DNA of 64,000 nt from an uncultured Lachnospiraceae bacterium (GTDB lineage Bacteria; Bacillota; Clostridia; Lachnospirales; Lachnospiraceae): NCBI GenBank assembly GCA_910577955.1, contig CAJTNC010000016.1, positions 6,995-70,994 of the forward strand, in the 5' to 3' direction. A program made the position numbers and the translations under genes. Under the pieces are notes generated by a model. That model was not told the origin of the DNA, made no database searches, and saw nothing but the letters and a program-made list of their open reading frames with translations. Positions 25,802 through 34,487 of this stretch are shown here, piece by piece (position 1 is the stretch's first letter; every line of letters starts with the position of its first letter).

Positions 25802-27442
25802 ATGAGCAAAAGTACTTTGGCTGAGGAAAATACAGGAAAAAAATCAGGTAAAAAGCGGTGGTTTGCGGCAGGGGCGGTTGTTCTGGCTCTGGTAATATCC
25901 GCCGCTGTTTTTCTGTTATATGAAAATTACAGAGTCTATGGAGAGTGTTATGTGGAAGCCGGCGTGGAAGTGACTGTGCAGGATTTTTTGCGCAGAGCTG
26001 ACGGACAGGCTTTCTTTGCGGAAGGCAGCGATAGCGTAAACAGTGCGGTGCCGGGCGACTATCATCTTAAAATAAAAACGGGAGTTTTTACTCACAATGC
26101 TATACTGCATATTGCAGATACGATCCCGCCGACGGGAGAAGCGGTGAAAGTAAATCTGGAACTTGGAGAGGAATGCGGGGCGGAAGCCTTTGTGGGGCAA
26201 ATAACGGATGCCACGGCAGTGGCAGTATCTTATGCGCAGAATCCGGAGTTTTCAAAGGCGGGGGAGCAGGAGGTACGTATTCTTTTGACCGATGCGGGCG
26301 GCAATCGCACCGAACTGGCATCGGAGCTTTTTATCTCTCTGGTGGCGGAAGAGCTGACAGTCGAGGCGGGCAGTGCGGCTCCGCCGCTTAAAGATTTTGT
26401 GATCGGGGGGAAGAACGCTTCTTTTATCACAAATATAAATAATTTTGATTATACCGTTCCGGCAAAACGGGAAGTGAAACTGTTAGTGGACGGAGGGGAA
26501 TATACGACAATGTTGGAGATTGTGGACACCGTGCCGCCCCGATTACAGATGAAAGACGTCCGGAGTTTTACAAAGGTGTCCAGAAAGCCGGAAGATTTTG
26601 TGGAGACGGTGGAGGATGTGACTGAAGTGAGCCTGTCTTTTCAGGAGGAACCGGATATCCTGTCGCCCGGAGAAAAGACGGTGAGCGTAGTGGCAACAGA
26701 TAAAGGCGGCAATGAAACGGTGAAAGAGGCAAAGCTGACGCTGGAGGTAGATATGGAGCCGCCGGTCATAGAGGGGGTGGCAGACCTGACGGTGTATGAG
26801 GGAGAGGCCATCGCCTACAAGAGAAACGTTACGGTCACGGACAACTGTCCGGAGAAACTGGATCTTACCGTGGATAACAGTGCGGTGAATCTGAGCATGG
26901 CCGGAGAATATCCGATCACATACATCGCCAGAGACGCTTCAGGGAACGAGACGACAGCGGAGGCAACGGTGATCGTAAAAGAGCAGTTGTATGATATAAA
27001 TGAAGTCTATGCCCTTGCGGACGCCGTACTGGAAAAGATACTTACGCCGGAGATGACGCCCCTTGAGAAAGCGAAGGCGATCTATCAGTACAATATTTAC
27101 AATATTGCTTACATCAATCATTCCGAGAAGGGAAACTGGGTGCGGGCCGCTTACGAAGGCCTCGCAGACAAAAAGGGAGACTGCTATGTATATGCCTGCA
27201 CTGCAAAGGTATTGCTTGACCGGGCGGGCATTCGCAATATGGATATTATTAAAATTCCCACAAGAAGGAGTCATTACTGGAATCTGGTAGATCTGGGGGA
27301 GGGCTGGTATCATTTCGATACGACGCCGAGATCGGATCACCCGACGATCTTTATGTGGACGGAAGCGCAGTTGATGGAATATTCAGGGCGGCATTACGGC
27401 TCCCACAACTATGACCACTCGCTGTACCCGGAAGTAAATTGA
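25802..27442 (+). CDS. Membrane-anchored surface protein with Ig-like repeats and a C-terminal transglutaminase-like cysteine protease domain
   Basis: N-terminal TM anchor 'WFAAGAVVLALVISAAVFLLY'. Repeated 'D-T-(I/V)-P-P' Ig-like modules. C-terminal 'KGDCYVYACTAKVLLDRAG', 'SHYWNLV' and 'GWYHFDTT' give a Cys-His-Asp transglutaminase core. Confidence 0.7.
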   Translation: MSKSTLAEENTGKKSGKKRWFAAGAVVLALVISAAVFLLYENYRVYGECYVEAGVEVTVQDFLRRADGQAFFAEGSDSVNSAVPGDYHLKIKTGVFTHNAILHIADTIPPTGEAVKVNLELGEECGAEAFVGQITDATAVAVSYAQNPEFSKAGEQEVRILLTDAGGNRTELASELFISLVAEELTVEAGSAAPPLKDFVIGGKNASFITNINNFDYTVPAKREVKLLVDGGEYTTMLEIVDTVPPRLQMKDVRSFTKVSRKPEDFVETVEDVTEVSLSFQEEPDILSPGEKTVSVVATDKGGNETVKEAKLTLEVDMEPPVIEGVADLTVYEGEAIAYKRNVTVTDNCPEKLDLTVDNSAVNLSMAGEYPITYIARDASGNETTAEATVIVKEQLYDINEVYALADAVLEKILTPEMTPLEKAKAIYQYNIYNIAYINHSEKGNWVRAAYEGLADKKGDCYVYACTAKVLLDRAGIRNMDIIKIPTRRSHYWNLVDLGEGWYHFDTTPRSDHPTIFMWTEAQLMEYSGRHYGSHNYDHSLYPEVN

Positions 27443-27453
27443 GGAGACGATCA

Positions 27454-28209
27454 GTGGCGGATAGAAAACGATTAGGTGTGATCGGGGGGATCGGCCCCAT
27501 GGCAACCGCATATTTTATGGAACTGCTGACGCGGATGAGCGACGCGAAAACAGATCAGGAGCACATGGAAATTTTGGTTTACAGCAAGCCTTCCATACCG
27601 GATCGGACGAAGTATATTTTGGGGGAGAGCGGGGAGAGTCCGCTGCCCGCAATGTTGTCCGCAGGAGAGAAACTTAGGGATGCAGGGGCGGAGTTTTTAG
27701 CGATTCCCTGTGTCACTGCCCATTACTTTCACGCTGATCTGGAAAAAGGACTGGGGCTTCCTGTGATCAACGGTCTTCTTGAGGCGGCGGATTATCTCGC
27801 AAGAGAAAGAAAGACTTGTGTGGGGATCATGGCCACGGACGGGAGTATCCGCAGCGGTCTGCTGGAGGGTATACTGCGGGGGCACGGGATCCGCAGCGTA
27901 ATGCCGGATGAGGAATCCCAGAAAAAAGTCATGTCTATGGTTTACGGGGAGATAAAGGCCGGGAAGCCTGTGGATATGGAGAAATTTATGCAGGTATCGG
28001 CGGAACTTTTTGAAAAGGGAGCGCAGGTGATATTGCTTGCATGTACGGAACTTTCCCTGATCAAGAAAGAGCATGAACTGCCTGCCGGATATCTGGATAT
28101 TTTGGAGGTGACAGCGCGGTGTGCGGTGGAGCGCTGCCATCATGTCAGAGCAGAGTATGAACATTTGATCACGGGGCATAAGAGGAGCGAAACAGAGAAT
28201 GCAGACTAA
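27454..28209 (+). CDS. Aspartate/glutamate-family amino-acid racemase (aspartate racemase-like)
   Basis: 'LGVIGGIGPMATAYFMELL', 'DQEHMEILVYSKPSIPDRT', and two catalytic Cys contexts 'IPCVTAHYF' and 'LLACTELSL'. GAGGAG lies 7 nt before GTG 27454. Confidence 0.8.
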   Translation: MADRKRLGVIGGIGPMATAYFMELLTRMSDAKTDQEHMEILVYSKPSIPDRTKYILGESGESPLPAMLSAGEKLRDAGAEFLAIPCVTAHYFHADLEKGLGLPVINGLLEAADYLARERKTCVGIMATDGSIRSGLLEGILRGHGIRSVMPDEESQKKVMSMVYGEIKAGKPVDMEKFMQVSAELFEKGAQVILLACTELSLIKKEHELPAGYLDILEVTARCAVERCHHVRAEYEHLITGHKRSETENAD

Positions 28210-29707
28210 TGTTTTGGACTATTTGATCACGGCGGCGAAAAAAGCGCCGGAAAAGATGGCCTATTCCAACGGAAAGGAAGAAATGACTTTCGGGGAAGTC
28301 TATGACCGGAGCCGTTCGGTGGGGACTTTTCTCCATAAAAGCGGCATCTGTAAAGAACCGGTGATCATTTTTATGGAGAAACATCCGAAGACGATAGCGG
28401 CTTTTTACGGCGTTATCTTTGGCGGTGATTACTATATACCGGTGGACGTGGAAATGCCGGAAAACCGCATCCGTCTGATCTTTGAGAATGTGAAGTCGAA
28501 GATGATGATCTGCAATGCAGATACGATGGAGCGTGCGAAAGAACTGGGCTTTGACGGTCAGATAGTGGACTGCGACGAAATCTGCCATACCGGCGTCGAC
28601 GAGGCGGCGTTACATACGATATATGAGAGGACGATAGACACGGATCCTATCTATATCGTGTTTACTTCAGGCTCCACGGGGGTGCCTAAGGGTGTGACGG
28701 CGTGTCACAGGTCGGTGATCGATTATGTGGAGCATTTGTCGGAAGCGCTCTCTTTTGATGAGGATACGGTGTTTGGCTCCCAGTCTCCGCTCTATGTGGA
28801 TGCCTGCTTAAAAGAACTTTATCCGACGCTCAAATTCTGTGCCAGCGCGTACCTGATACCGAAAGAGTTGTTTATGTTCCCGGTAAAACTGGTGGAGTTT
28901 TTGAACGAGTACAAGATCAATACGATCTGTTGGGTGGTGTCGGCGTTGACGATGATCTCGGCTTTCGGGACATTTAAGACGGTGACGCCGAAATATCTGA
29001 GACTGGTGGCTTTTGTCAGCGAGATATTCCCGATAAAAGAGTTTCATAAATGGCAGGAGGCTGCGCCGGACGCAACTTTCGTGAATCTGTACGGTCCGAC
29101 CGAGGGAACAGGCGTATGCTGTTATTATATCGTGGACAGAGAGTTTGAGCCGGGGGGTGTGATTCCGGCGGGGAGACCCTTTCGCAATACCGATATACTG
29201 CTGTTAAACGACAGAAACGAGGAGGCCTCTTCAGGCGAGGGCGGGGAGATCTGCATCCGAGGAACGTCCCTTTCTTTGGGGTATTACAATGCGCCGGAAA
29301 AGACGGCGGAGGTCTTTGTGCAGAATCCGTTAAATCCCTTTTATCCCGAACTGATCTACAGGACGGGAGATATGGGACGGTGGAACGAGCGGGGAGAGTT
29401 GGAATTTATTTCCCGCAGGGATTACCAGATCAAGCACATGGGCCACAGGATAGAACTGGGCGAGATCGAGGCGAACGTCAATCTGCTCGACGAGGTCAGA
29501 ATGACCGGGTGTATTTACGACAAGGTAAAAAACAAGATCGTGCTCTATTATGTGGGAGACATGGAGGAGGGAGAACTTGCGGCGGCCCTGAAGGAGAAAC
29601 TGCCGCGCTATATGTTTCCTAACCGGATCATCCGCTTAGAGCAGATGCCGTTTACATTGAACGGAAAGATAGACCGTGTTGCGCTAAAAGAAATGTATGA
29701 GAAATAG
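28199..29707 (+). CDS. DltA-like amino acid adenylation enzyme (carrier-protein ligase)
   Basis: AMP-binding motif 'IVFTSGSTGVPKGV', 'YGPTE', 'YRTGD', and C-terminal 'LPRYMFPNRIIRLEQMPFTLNGKIDR'. 502 aa, which is DltA-sized. Confidence 0.85.
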   Translation: MQTNVLDYLITAAKKAPEKMAYSNGKEEMTFGEVYDRSRSVGTFLHKSGICKEPVIIFMEKHPKTIAAFYGVIFGGDYYIPVDVEMPENRIRLIFENVKSKMMICNADTMERAKELGFDGQIVDCDEICHTGVDEAALHTIYERTIDTDPIYIVFTSGSTGVPKGVTACHRSVIDYVEHLSEALSFDEDTVFGSQSPLYVDACLKELYPTLKFCASAYLIPKELFMFPVKLVEFLNEYKINTICWVVSALTMISAFGTFKTVTPKYLRLVAFVSEIFPIKEFHKWQEAAPDATFVNLYGPTEGTGVCCYYIVDREFEPGGVIPAGRPFRNTDILLLNDRNEEASSGEGGEICIRGTSLSLGYYNAPEKTAEVFVQNPLNPFYPELIYRTGDMGRWNERGELEFISRRDYQIKHMGHRIELGEIEANVNLLDEVRMTGCIYDKVKNKIVLYYVGDMEEGELAAALKEKLPRYMFPNRIIRLEQMPFTLNGKIDRVALKEMYEK

Positions 29708-29720
29708 AAGGAGACGGAAG

Positions 29721-29951
29721 ATGGACAAACTGATTAAAATTTTAAGAGGACTGCACCCGGAGGTGGATTTTGAGAATTGCGAGAAACTGATCGACGGCAA
29801 GATACTGGATTCTTTTGATATCATATCGATCATATCCGAGATCAACGAGGAATTTGATGTGACGATTTCCGCGGAATATATCGTGCCGGAGAATTTTAAC
29901 TCGGCGAAGGCGCTGTATGCTTTGATCGAAAAGCTGGAGGATGAGGACTGA
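29721..29951 (+). CDS. DltC-like acyl/aminoacyl carrier protein
   Basis: About 76 aa. 'GKILDSFDIISIISEINEEF' contains the phosphopantetheine-Ser motif (DS). It lies between the DltA-like and MBOAT genes. Confidence 0.75.
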   Translation: MDKLIKILRGLHPEVDFENCEKLIDGKILDSFDIISIISEINEEFDVTISAEYIVPENFNSAKALYALIEKLEDED

Positions 29952-29953
29952 GT

Positions 29954-31588
29954 ATGCTGTTTACATCATATGAGTTCTTGGGGTTTCTTCTGATCCTGTT
30001 TCCGCTCTATTATTTGATCCCCAAAAAAAGGCAGTGGATGCTTCTTTTGGGGGCGAGTTATCTTTTTTATTTTATGGCGGGGGCATACTGTCTGCTTTAC
30101 ATACTTGTCACAACGGTGACGGTGTATCTGCTTGGACGTAAGATGGAGGATCTGCGGCAGGAACAGACTGGCTATTTGAAAGCGCATAAAGGGGAGATTG
30201 GGAAGGAAGAGAAGAAAGCTTATAAGAACGCCATAAAAAAGAGACAGTGGAGGGCGTTGGTTTTCGGGCTTTTGATCAATCTCGGAATTCTTGCGGTTGT
30301 AAAATATACAAACTTTGCTATTTATAATGTGAATTTGACGCTTCATTTCTTCGGAAGCGCCGGACAGTTAGATTTTTTGGATATTGCGCTTCCGATGGGG
30401 ATTTCCTTTTACACTTTTCAGGCCTTGGGGTATCTGATAGATGTGTACCGCGGGACGGTGGAAGCGGAGAGAAATCCCTTCCGATTTGCGCTGTTCGTCT
30501 CTTTTTTTCCGCAGCTTGTGCAGGGACCCATCAGCAGATTTCATGATCTGGGAGGAACGTTGTATGCAGAGCATTCTTTCGACGGGAAGGCGGTAAGTTT
30601 CGGTTTGCAGAGGATCCTGTGGGGATTTTTTAAGAAGCTTGTGATCGCGGACAGGATGCTTGTGGCCGTGAATGAGATCATCAGAAATCCGGAGAGCTAT
30701 GGCGGGGGCTTTGTGTTTGCCGGTATGATGTTTTATGCGTTGGAGCTGTATGCGGATTTTACCGGCGGCATCGATATCACCATCGGTGTGGCGCAGGCTC
30801 TCGGAATCAAAGTCACAGAGAACTTCAACCGCCCCTACTTTTCAAAGTCCATCAAAGAGTATTGGCGGAGATGGCATATTACGATGGGAACGTGGTTTAC
30901 GGATTATATCTTTTATCCCATTTCGGTCTGTAAGCCGATGTTAAAGTTTTCAAAGTTTTCCAGAGAGCATTTCGGAGAAGTGATAGGGAAACGGATGCCC
31001 GTGTATCTGTCCTCCTTTGCAGTGTGGTTTGCCACGGGAATTTGGCACGGGGCGAGCTGGAATTTTATTGTGTGGGGATTGGGCAACTGGGCGGTGATCA
31101 TGATCTCTCAAGAATTCGCTCCGCTTTATCAGAAATTTCATGAGAAGATAAACGGTTTGGTTAACCGGAACAGAGAGCGGGAGAGGAAGTTCCTTTTGGA
31201 GAATAACAGTTTTTACAGGCTGTTTCAGATCCTTCGAACGTTGCTGTTGATGAGTTGTCTGCGCAGTTTTGACTGTTACAGGGACGTGCCTCTTACATTC
31301 CGCATGTTCGGTTCCATGTTTACAGAAAGAAACTGGCGTGTCCTGTGGGACGGTTCTCTTCTGGAACTTGGGCTTAGTCCGCTGGATTATGGGATTTTGG
31401 CGGCGGGAGTCGTTTTGTTAGTCATTGTGAGTTTGGTTCAAAGGAAGGGCAGTGTAAGAGAAAGGATTGCGGCAAAGTCTTATCCGGTGCGTTTTGCGGT
31501 ATGGTTCGGACTTTTTCTGACGGTGCTGTTAATGGGGGCTTACGGTGTCGGATATGACGCCAGTCAGTTTATTTATAATCAGTTTTAG
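29954..31588 (+). CDS. MBOAT-family membrane O-acyltransferase (DltB/AlgI-like)
   Basis: 544 aa and polytopic. 'FFPQLVQGPI' and 'SIKEYWRRWHITMGTWFTDYIFYP', the latter containing the conserved MBOAT His. Confidence 0.85.
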   Translation: MLFTSYEFLGFLLILFPLYYLIPKKRQWMLLLGASYLFYFMAGAYCLLYILVTTVTVYLLGRKMEDLRQEQTGYLKAHKGEIGKEEKKAYKNAIKKRQWRALVFGLLINLGILAVVKYTNFAIYNVNLTLHFFGSAGQLDFLDIALPMGISFYTFQALGYLIDVYRGTVEAERNPFRFALFVSFFPQLVQGPISRFHDLGGTLYAEHSFDGKAVSFGLQRILWGFFKKLVIADRMLVAVNEIIRNPESYGGGFVFAGMMFYALELYADFTGGIDITIGVAQALGIKVTENFNRPYFSKSIKEYWRRWHITMGTWFTDYIFYPISVCKPMLKFSKFSREHFGEVIGKRMPVYLSSFAVWFATGIWHGASWNFIVWGLGNWAVIMISQEFAPLYQKFHEKINGLVNRNRERERKFLLENNSFYRLFQILRTLLLMSCLRSFDCYRDVPLTFRMFGSMFTERNWRVLWDGSLLELGLSPLDYGILAAGVVLLVIVSLVQRKGSVRERIAAKSYPVRFAVWFGLFLTVLLMGAYGVGYDASQFIYNQF

Positions 31589-31603
31589 GGGAAACATACA
31601 AAA

Positions 31604-32641
31604 ATGAAAATGAGAAAAACAGTCAGGGTCATTCTCACGGCGGCAATGATCGCGGGAAGCCTGTTTCTGCTGCAGAGGCTGCTTGTGCCCAAGTATGTGA
31701 GCGATGTGGTGGAGGGAGGTCTGATCGCCGAATATTACGGCGAGGAAAAAGATCACGATGTAGTCTTTATCGGGGACTGCGAGGTATATGAAAACTTTTC
31801 GCCTAAGGTGCTCTGGGAAGACTACGGCATCAACAGTTATATCAGAGGCAGCGCCCAGCAGCTGATCTGGCAGTCCTACTATCTTTTGGAGGACACGCTG
31901 CGCTATGAAAAGCCGGATGTGGTGATATTCAACGTCCTTGCCATGCAGTATGACAGGCCGCAGAGGGAGGCTTACAACCGGATGACTCTGGAGGGAATGA
32001 GGTGGTCTCCCTCTAAAGTGAAAGCGATACGCGCATCTATGACCGGAGATGAAAAGTTTCTGGATTATGTGTTTCCGCTGCTTCGCTATCATTCCAGATG
32101 GAGCGAGGTAGGGGAGGAGGACTTCCGCTATCTGTTTAAAAAGGAGAAAGTCTCTCATAATGGTTATTATATGCGGGTGGACGTAAAGCCGGCAGAGAAT
32201 GTGCCGGAGGGGAAGATTCTGGCGGACTACCGGTTCGGCGAAAATGCTTACGCTTATCTGGATAAGATGACCGCGCTCTGCGAGGAGGAAGGCATTCAGC
32301 TCATTTTGGTGAAAGCGCCGTCGCTCTATCCTTACTGGTACGATGAGTGGGAAGCACAGATGGAGGATTACGCCAAGGAACATGATCTGCTTTACATCAA
32401 TTTTCTGGAGCTGACAGAGGAAACGGGATTGGACTTTTCCCAGGATACTTACGACGGCGGCCTGCACCTGAATCTCTCCGGCGCGGAGAAGATCACCTCC
32501 CATCTGGGAGAGATTTTGCGGCAGGAGGCAGGGCTTAGAGACAGGCGGGGTGAAAAGGAGCTGGCGGAGCGCTGGCAGGAGAAAGCAGCTCTGTATGAAG
32601 AGGAGAAACAAAAACAATATGGAGAACTGGCCGGCCAGTAA
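31604..32641 (+). CDS. Membrane-anchored SGNH-type hydrolase/acyltransferase (DltD-position protein)
   Basis: N-terminal anchor, 'VVFIGDCEVYENF' (a block I variant) and 'DGGLHLNLSGAEK' (block V). It lies immediately downstream of the MBOAT gene. Confidence 0.6.
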   Translation: MKMRKTVRVILTAAMIAGSLFLLQRLLVPKYVSDVVEGGLIAEYYGEEKDHDVVFIGDCEVYENFSPKVLWEDYGINSYIRGSAQQLIWQSYYLLEDTLRYEKPDVVIFNVLAMQYDRPQREAYNRMTLEGMRWSPSKVKAIRASMTGDEKFLDYVFPLLRYHSRWSEVGEEDFRYLFKKEKVSHNGYYMRVDVKPAENVPEGKILADYRFGENAYAYLDKMTALCEEEGIQLILVKAPSLYPYWYDEWEAQMEDYAKEHDLLYINFLELTEETGLDFSQDTYDGGLHLNLSGAEKITSHLGEILRQEAGLRDRRGEKELAERWQEKAALYEEEKQKQYGELAGQ

Positions 32642-32718
32642 ATGTTTCGGCTTGTCAATAAAAAACACAGGCACTGTGCAGAACGTAACAAAATGTTGGA
32701 AAGGAAAGGGCTATCAGG

Positions 32719-33300
32719 ATGAAAAAGAAAGCGGCAGTATTGATTCTGACGGCAGCGCTGCTTCTCGCAGGCTGCGGGAGCGATGCGAAAGTCATTGAGG
32801 GAAAAGTAAAGACGCAGGACGGCGGAGCCGCTGCAGAAGCGGAGGAAACGACGGAAGGAGAAGATGCGGAAGTAGGAGTGGAAGAGACATCCCATAAGGG
32901 GTATGTTTTTTTGAACGGTGACATTGTTATGGAGATGGACGCGGAAGCGGCTCCGGTTTTGGAACAGCTGGGAGAGCCAAACTCTTACTTTGAGGCGCCG
33001 AGCTGCGCGTTCGAAGGTATTGATAAGATGTACACCTACGGCAGCTTTGAACTTGACACTTATCCTATGGGGGATAAGGATTATATCTCCGCTGTTATTT
33101 TTAGGGATGATTCGATCACAACACCTGAGGGTGTGGGAATCGGTGACTCCAGAGAAAAACTGACGGAAGCTTACGGCGGTGAGGGGACAGAGGAACTGGG
33201 TATGACGGTTTATCGGAAAGACGACATGAAGCTGTGTTTCATTTTTCAGGGAGACAGTATCGCGTCCATCGAGTACCGGACAACGGTACTCGATGAGTAG
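32719..33300 (+). CDS. Lipoprotein, unknown function
   Basis: Signal peptide with lipobox 'LLLAGCGS', followed by an acidic low-complexity linker and a globular domain. Confidence 0.6.
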   Translation: MKKKAAVLILTAALLLAGCGSDAKVIEGKVKTQDGGAAAEAEETTEGEDAEVGVEETSHKGYVFLNGDIVMEMDAEAAPVLEQLGEPNSYFEAPSCAFEGIDKMYTYGSFELDTYPMGDKDYISAVIFRDDSITTPEGVGIGDSREKLTEAYGGEGTEELGMTVYRKDDMKLCFIFQGDSIASIEYRTTVLDE

Positions 33301-33304
33301 GAAA

Positions 33305-33326
33305 GGGCGGGGATTATTCCCCGCCC
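33305..33326. terminator. GC-rich hairpin between convergent lipoprotein genes (possible bidirectional terminator)
   Basis: GGGCGGGGA-ttat-TCCCCGCCC is a perfect 9-bp stem. T-tracts are weak on both sides, and it overlaps the last codons of the minus-strand gene. Confidence 0.4.
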
Positions 33327-33808
33327 AGTGCTTTAAAAGCTTCCGACATAGCATTGGTGACCTGACTGTCGCCCATGATAAACAGGACTACGTTTCCTAC
33401 ATTTTCCACAACAACGCTTTCAGCTTCAACACAGACCCATTTCCTCGGATCGGCGTTATCGGCAAGCGTCTGTTTTGCGGCTTCCATGTCGGCGTCTTCC
33501 GGCAGTCTTAAGAGGATGCACTGATAGGCGACAACGTTCATCATAGGAACGGAAAAATAGCTTTCCTCGTAGGCGACATCCGTGGTGCCGATCAGGTATT
33601 CCGCTGATTCCGCAGGAATTTCCCCTGTACTGTAACTTTCCAGAGAATCTCTGAAATCCTGAGGAAGATCTGCGTTCTCGTAGAGAGAATCCATGACTTC
33701 CGAAAGAGGGCCGACCAGTTCGGTCTCTTTTTTATCTGTTTTTCCGCAGGCAGTGAGAAGTGCTGCGGCTGTGATGAGAGACAATACGATCCATTTTTTC
33801 TTGAACAT
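33314..33808 (-). CDS. Lipoprotein, unknown function
   Basis: Signal peptide with lipobox 'LLTACGK'. 164 aa. Confidence 0.6.
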   Translation of the reverse strand: MFKKKWIVLSLITAAALLTACGKTDKKETELVGPLSEVMDSLYENADLPQDFRDSLESYSTGEIPAESAEYLIGTTDVAYEESYFSVPMMNVVAYQCILLRLPEDADMEAAKQTLADNADPRKWVCVEAESVVVENVGNVVLFIMGDSQVTNAMSEAFKALGGE

Positions 33809-33900
33809 AACAATATCCTTTCTTAAAATAATTTCTTGTCAGATCGGCGGCGAAACCTGTTGTTTCTATAATATTGTTGTGCCTAATATATAAATCCAAC

Positions 33901-33989
33901 GCAGGCACGCTTTCGCTGCGGCTCAATCGCAGCGGCACATAACATACCAAAATACGGTATGTAAGTGCCGGCGATTTCACAGCGCCTGC
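33901..33989 (+). repeat. Palindromic element copy A (89-nt imperfect hairpin)
   Basis: Outer stem GCAGGC/GCCTGC. Inner stems AATCGC/GCGATT, GGCAC/GTGCC and TAACATACC/GGTATGTAA. Loop AAAATAC. Homologous to the reverse complement of 34218-34356. Confidence 0.75.
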
Positions 33990-34217
33990 TTATGGATATG
34001 TAAATTTTCCACAACTTATACTATGGAAAGAGAAATTTTGCAGCCATCTGCGAGTTACATTATATATCATATCTGCGGATTCGTCCATCAGACTTTCTGT
34101 TTTAAAATAGTTTACGCTGTTTGGGAGCGGCTATACCTGCAAAAAACTTTTTTGTATGTCCGGGCATCAGATAATGAATGGAGGAATGCAGTTTGCGGAA
34201 TGAGTTTTTTAAGGTTT

Positions 34218-34356
34218 GCCTGCGCGGGATGTACAAATCCGCCGACAGGCGCTGCGAGGCCGCCGGTACTTAGCGAGGTATTTTCGAGCTTAGTACCGTT
34301 GCGGCGGAGCCGCAGCGAGAGCGTGCCTGTGGCGGACTTGTACATCCCGTGCAGGC
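34218..34356 (-). repeat. Palindromic element copy B (139-nt imperfect hairpin, inverted relative to copy A)
   Basis: The 19-nt outer arms GCCTGCGCGGGATGTACAA / TTGTACATCCCGTGCAGGC have 1 mismatch. Inner stems are TCCGCC, ACAGGC, GCTGCG, CCGCCG and GGTACT. It shares CAGGCACGCT(T/C)TCGCTGCGGCT with copy A in the opposite orientation. Confidence 0.75.
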
Positions 34357-34487
34357 ACACAGTAAAAAATCATGATCCGGTAATGAACCGGACATCATAG
34401 GAAAAGCGGATTTGTTTTGTGTTATCAGGAAAAATGTGGTACAATAACAAAATGGTATATTTCCGATAGGGGTTTTGAGGAATAAGA

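Noticed and set aside
31529-32674. 381-aa minus-strand ORF. Similar long antisense ORFs occur at 32449-33354, 43879-44820, 48144-48935, 49259-49981, 12904-13611, 41204-41878 and 9581-10180.
   Set aside because: Each lies fully antisense to a plus-strand gene with clear family motifs. Their translations are low-complexity and rich in R/S/P/H/Q, with no motifs or SDs. These are typical shadow ORFs in the higher-GC part of the window.
33732-34400. ORFs 33732-33980 (minus strand) and 34023-34400 (plus strand) in the intergenic region.
   Set aside because: Both are read straight through the palindromic repeat copies and give mirrored peptide strings. They have no SD and no protein-like composition, so they are better explained as non-coding repeats.
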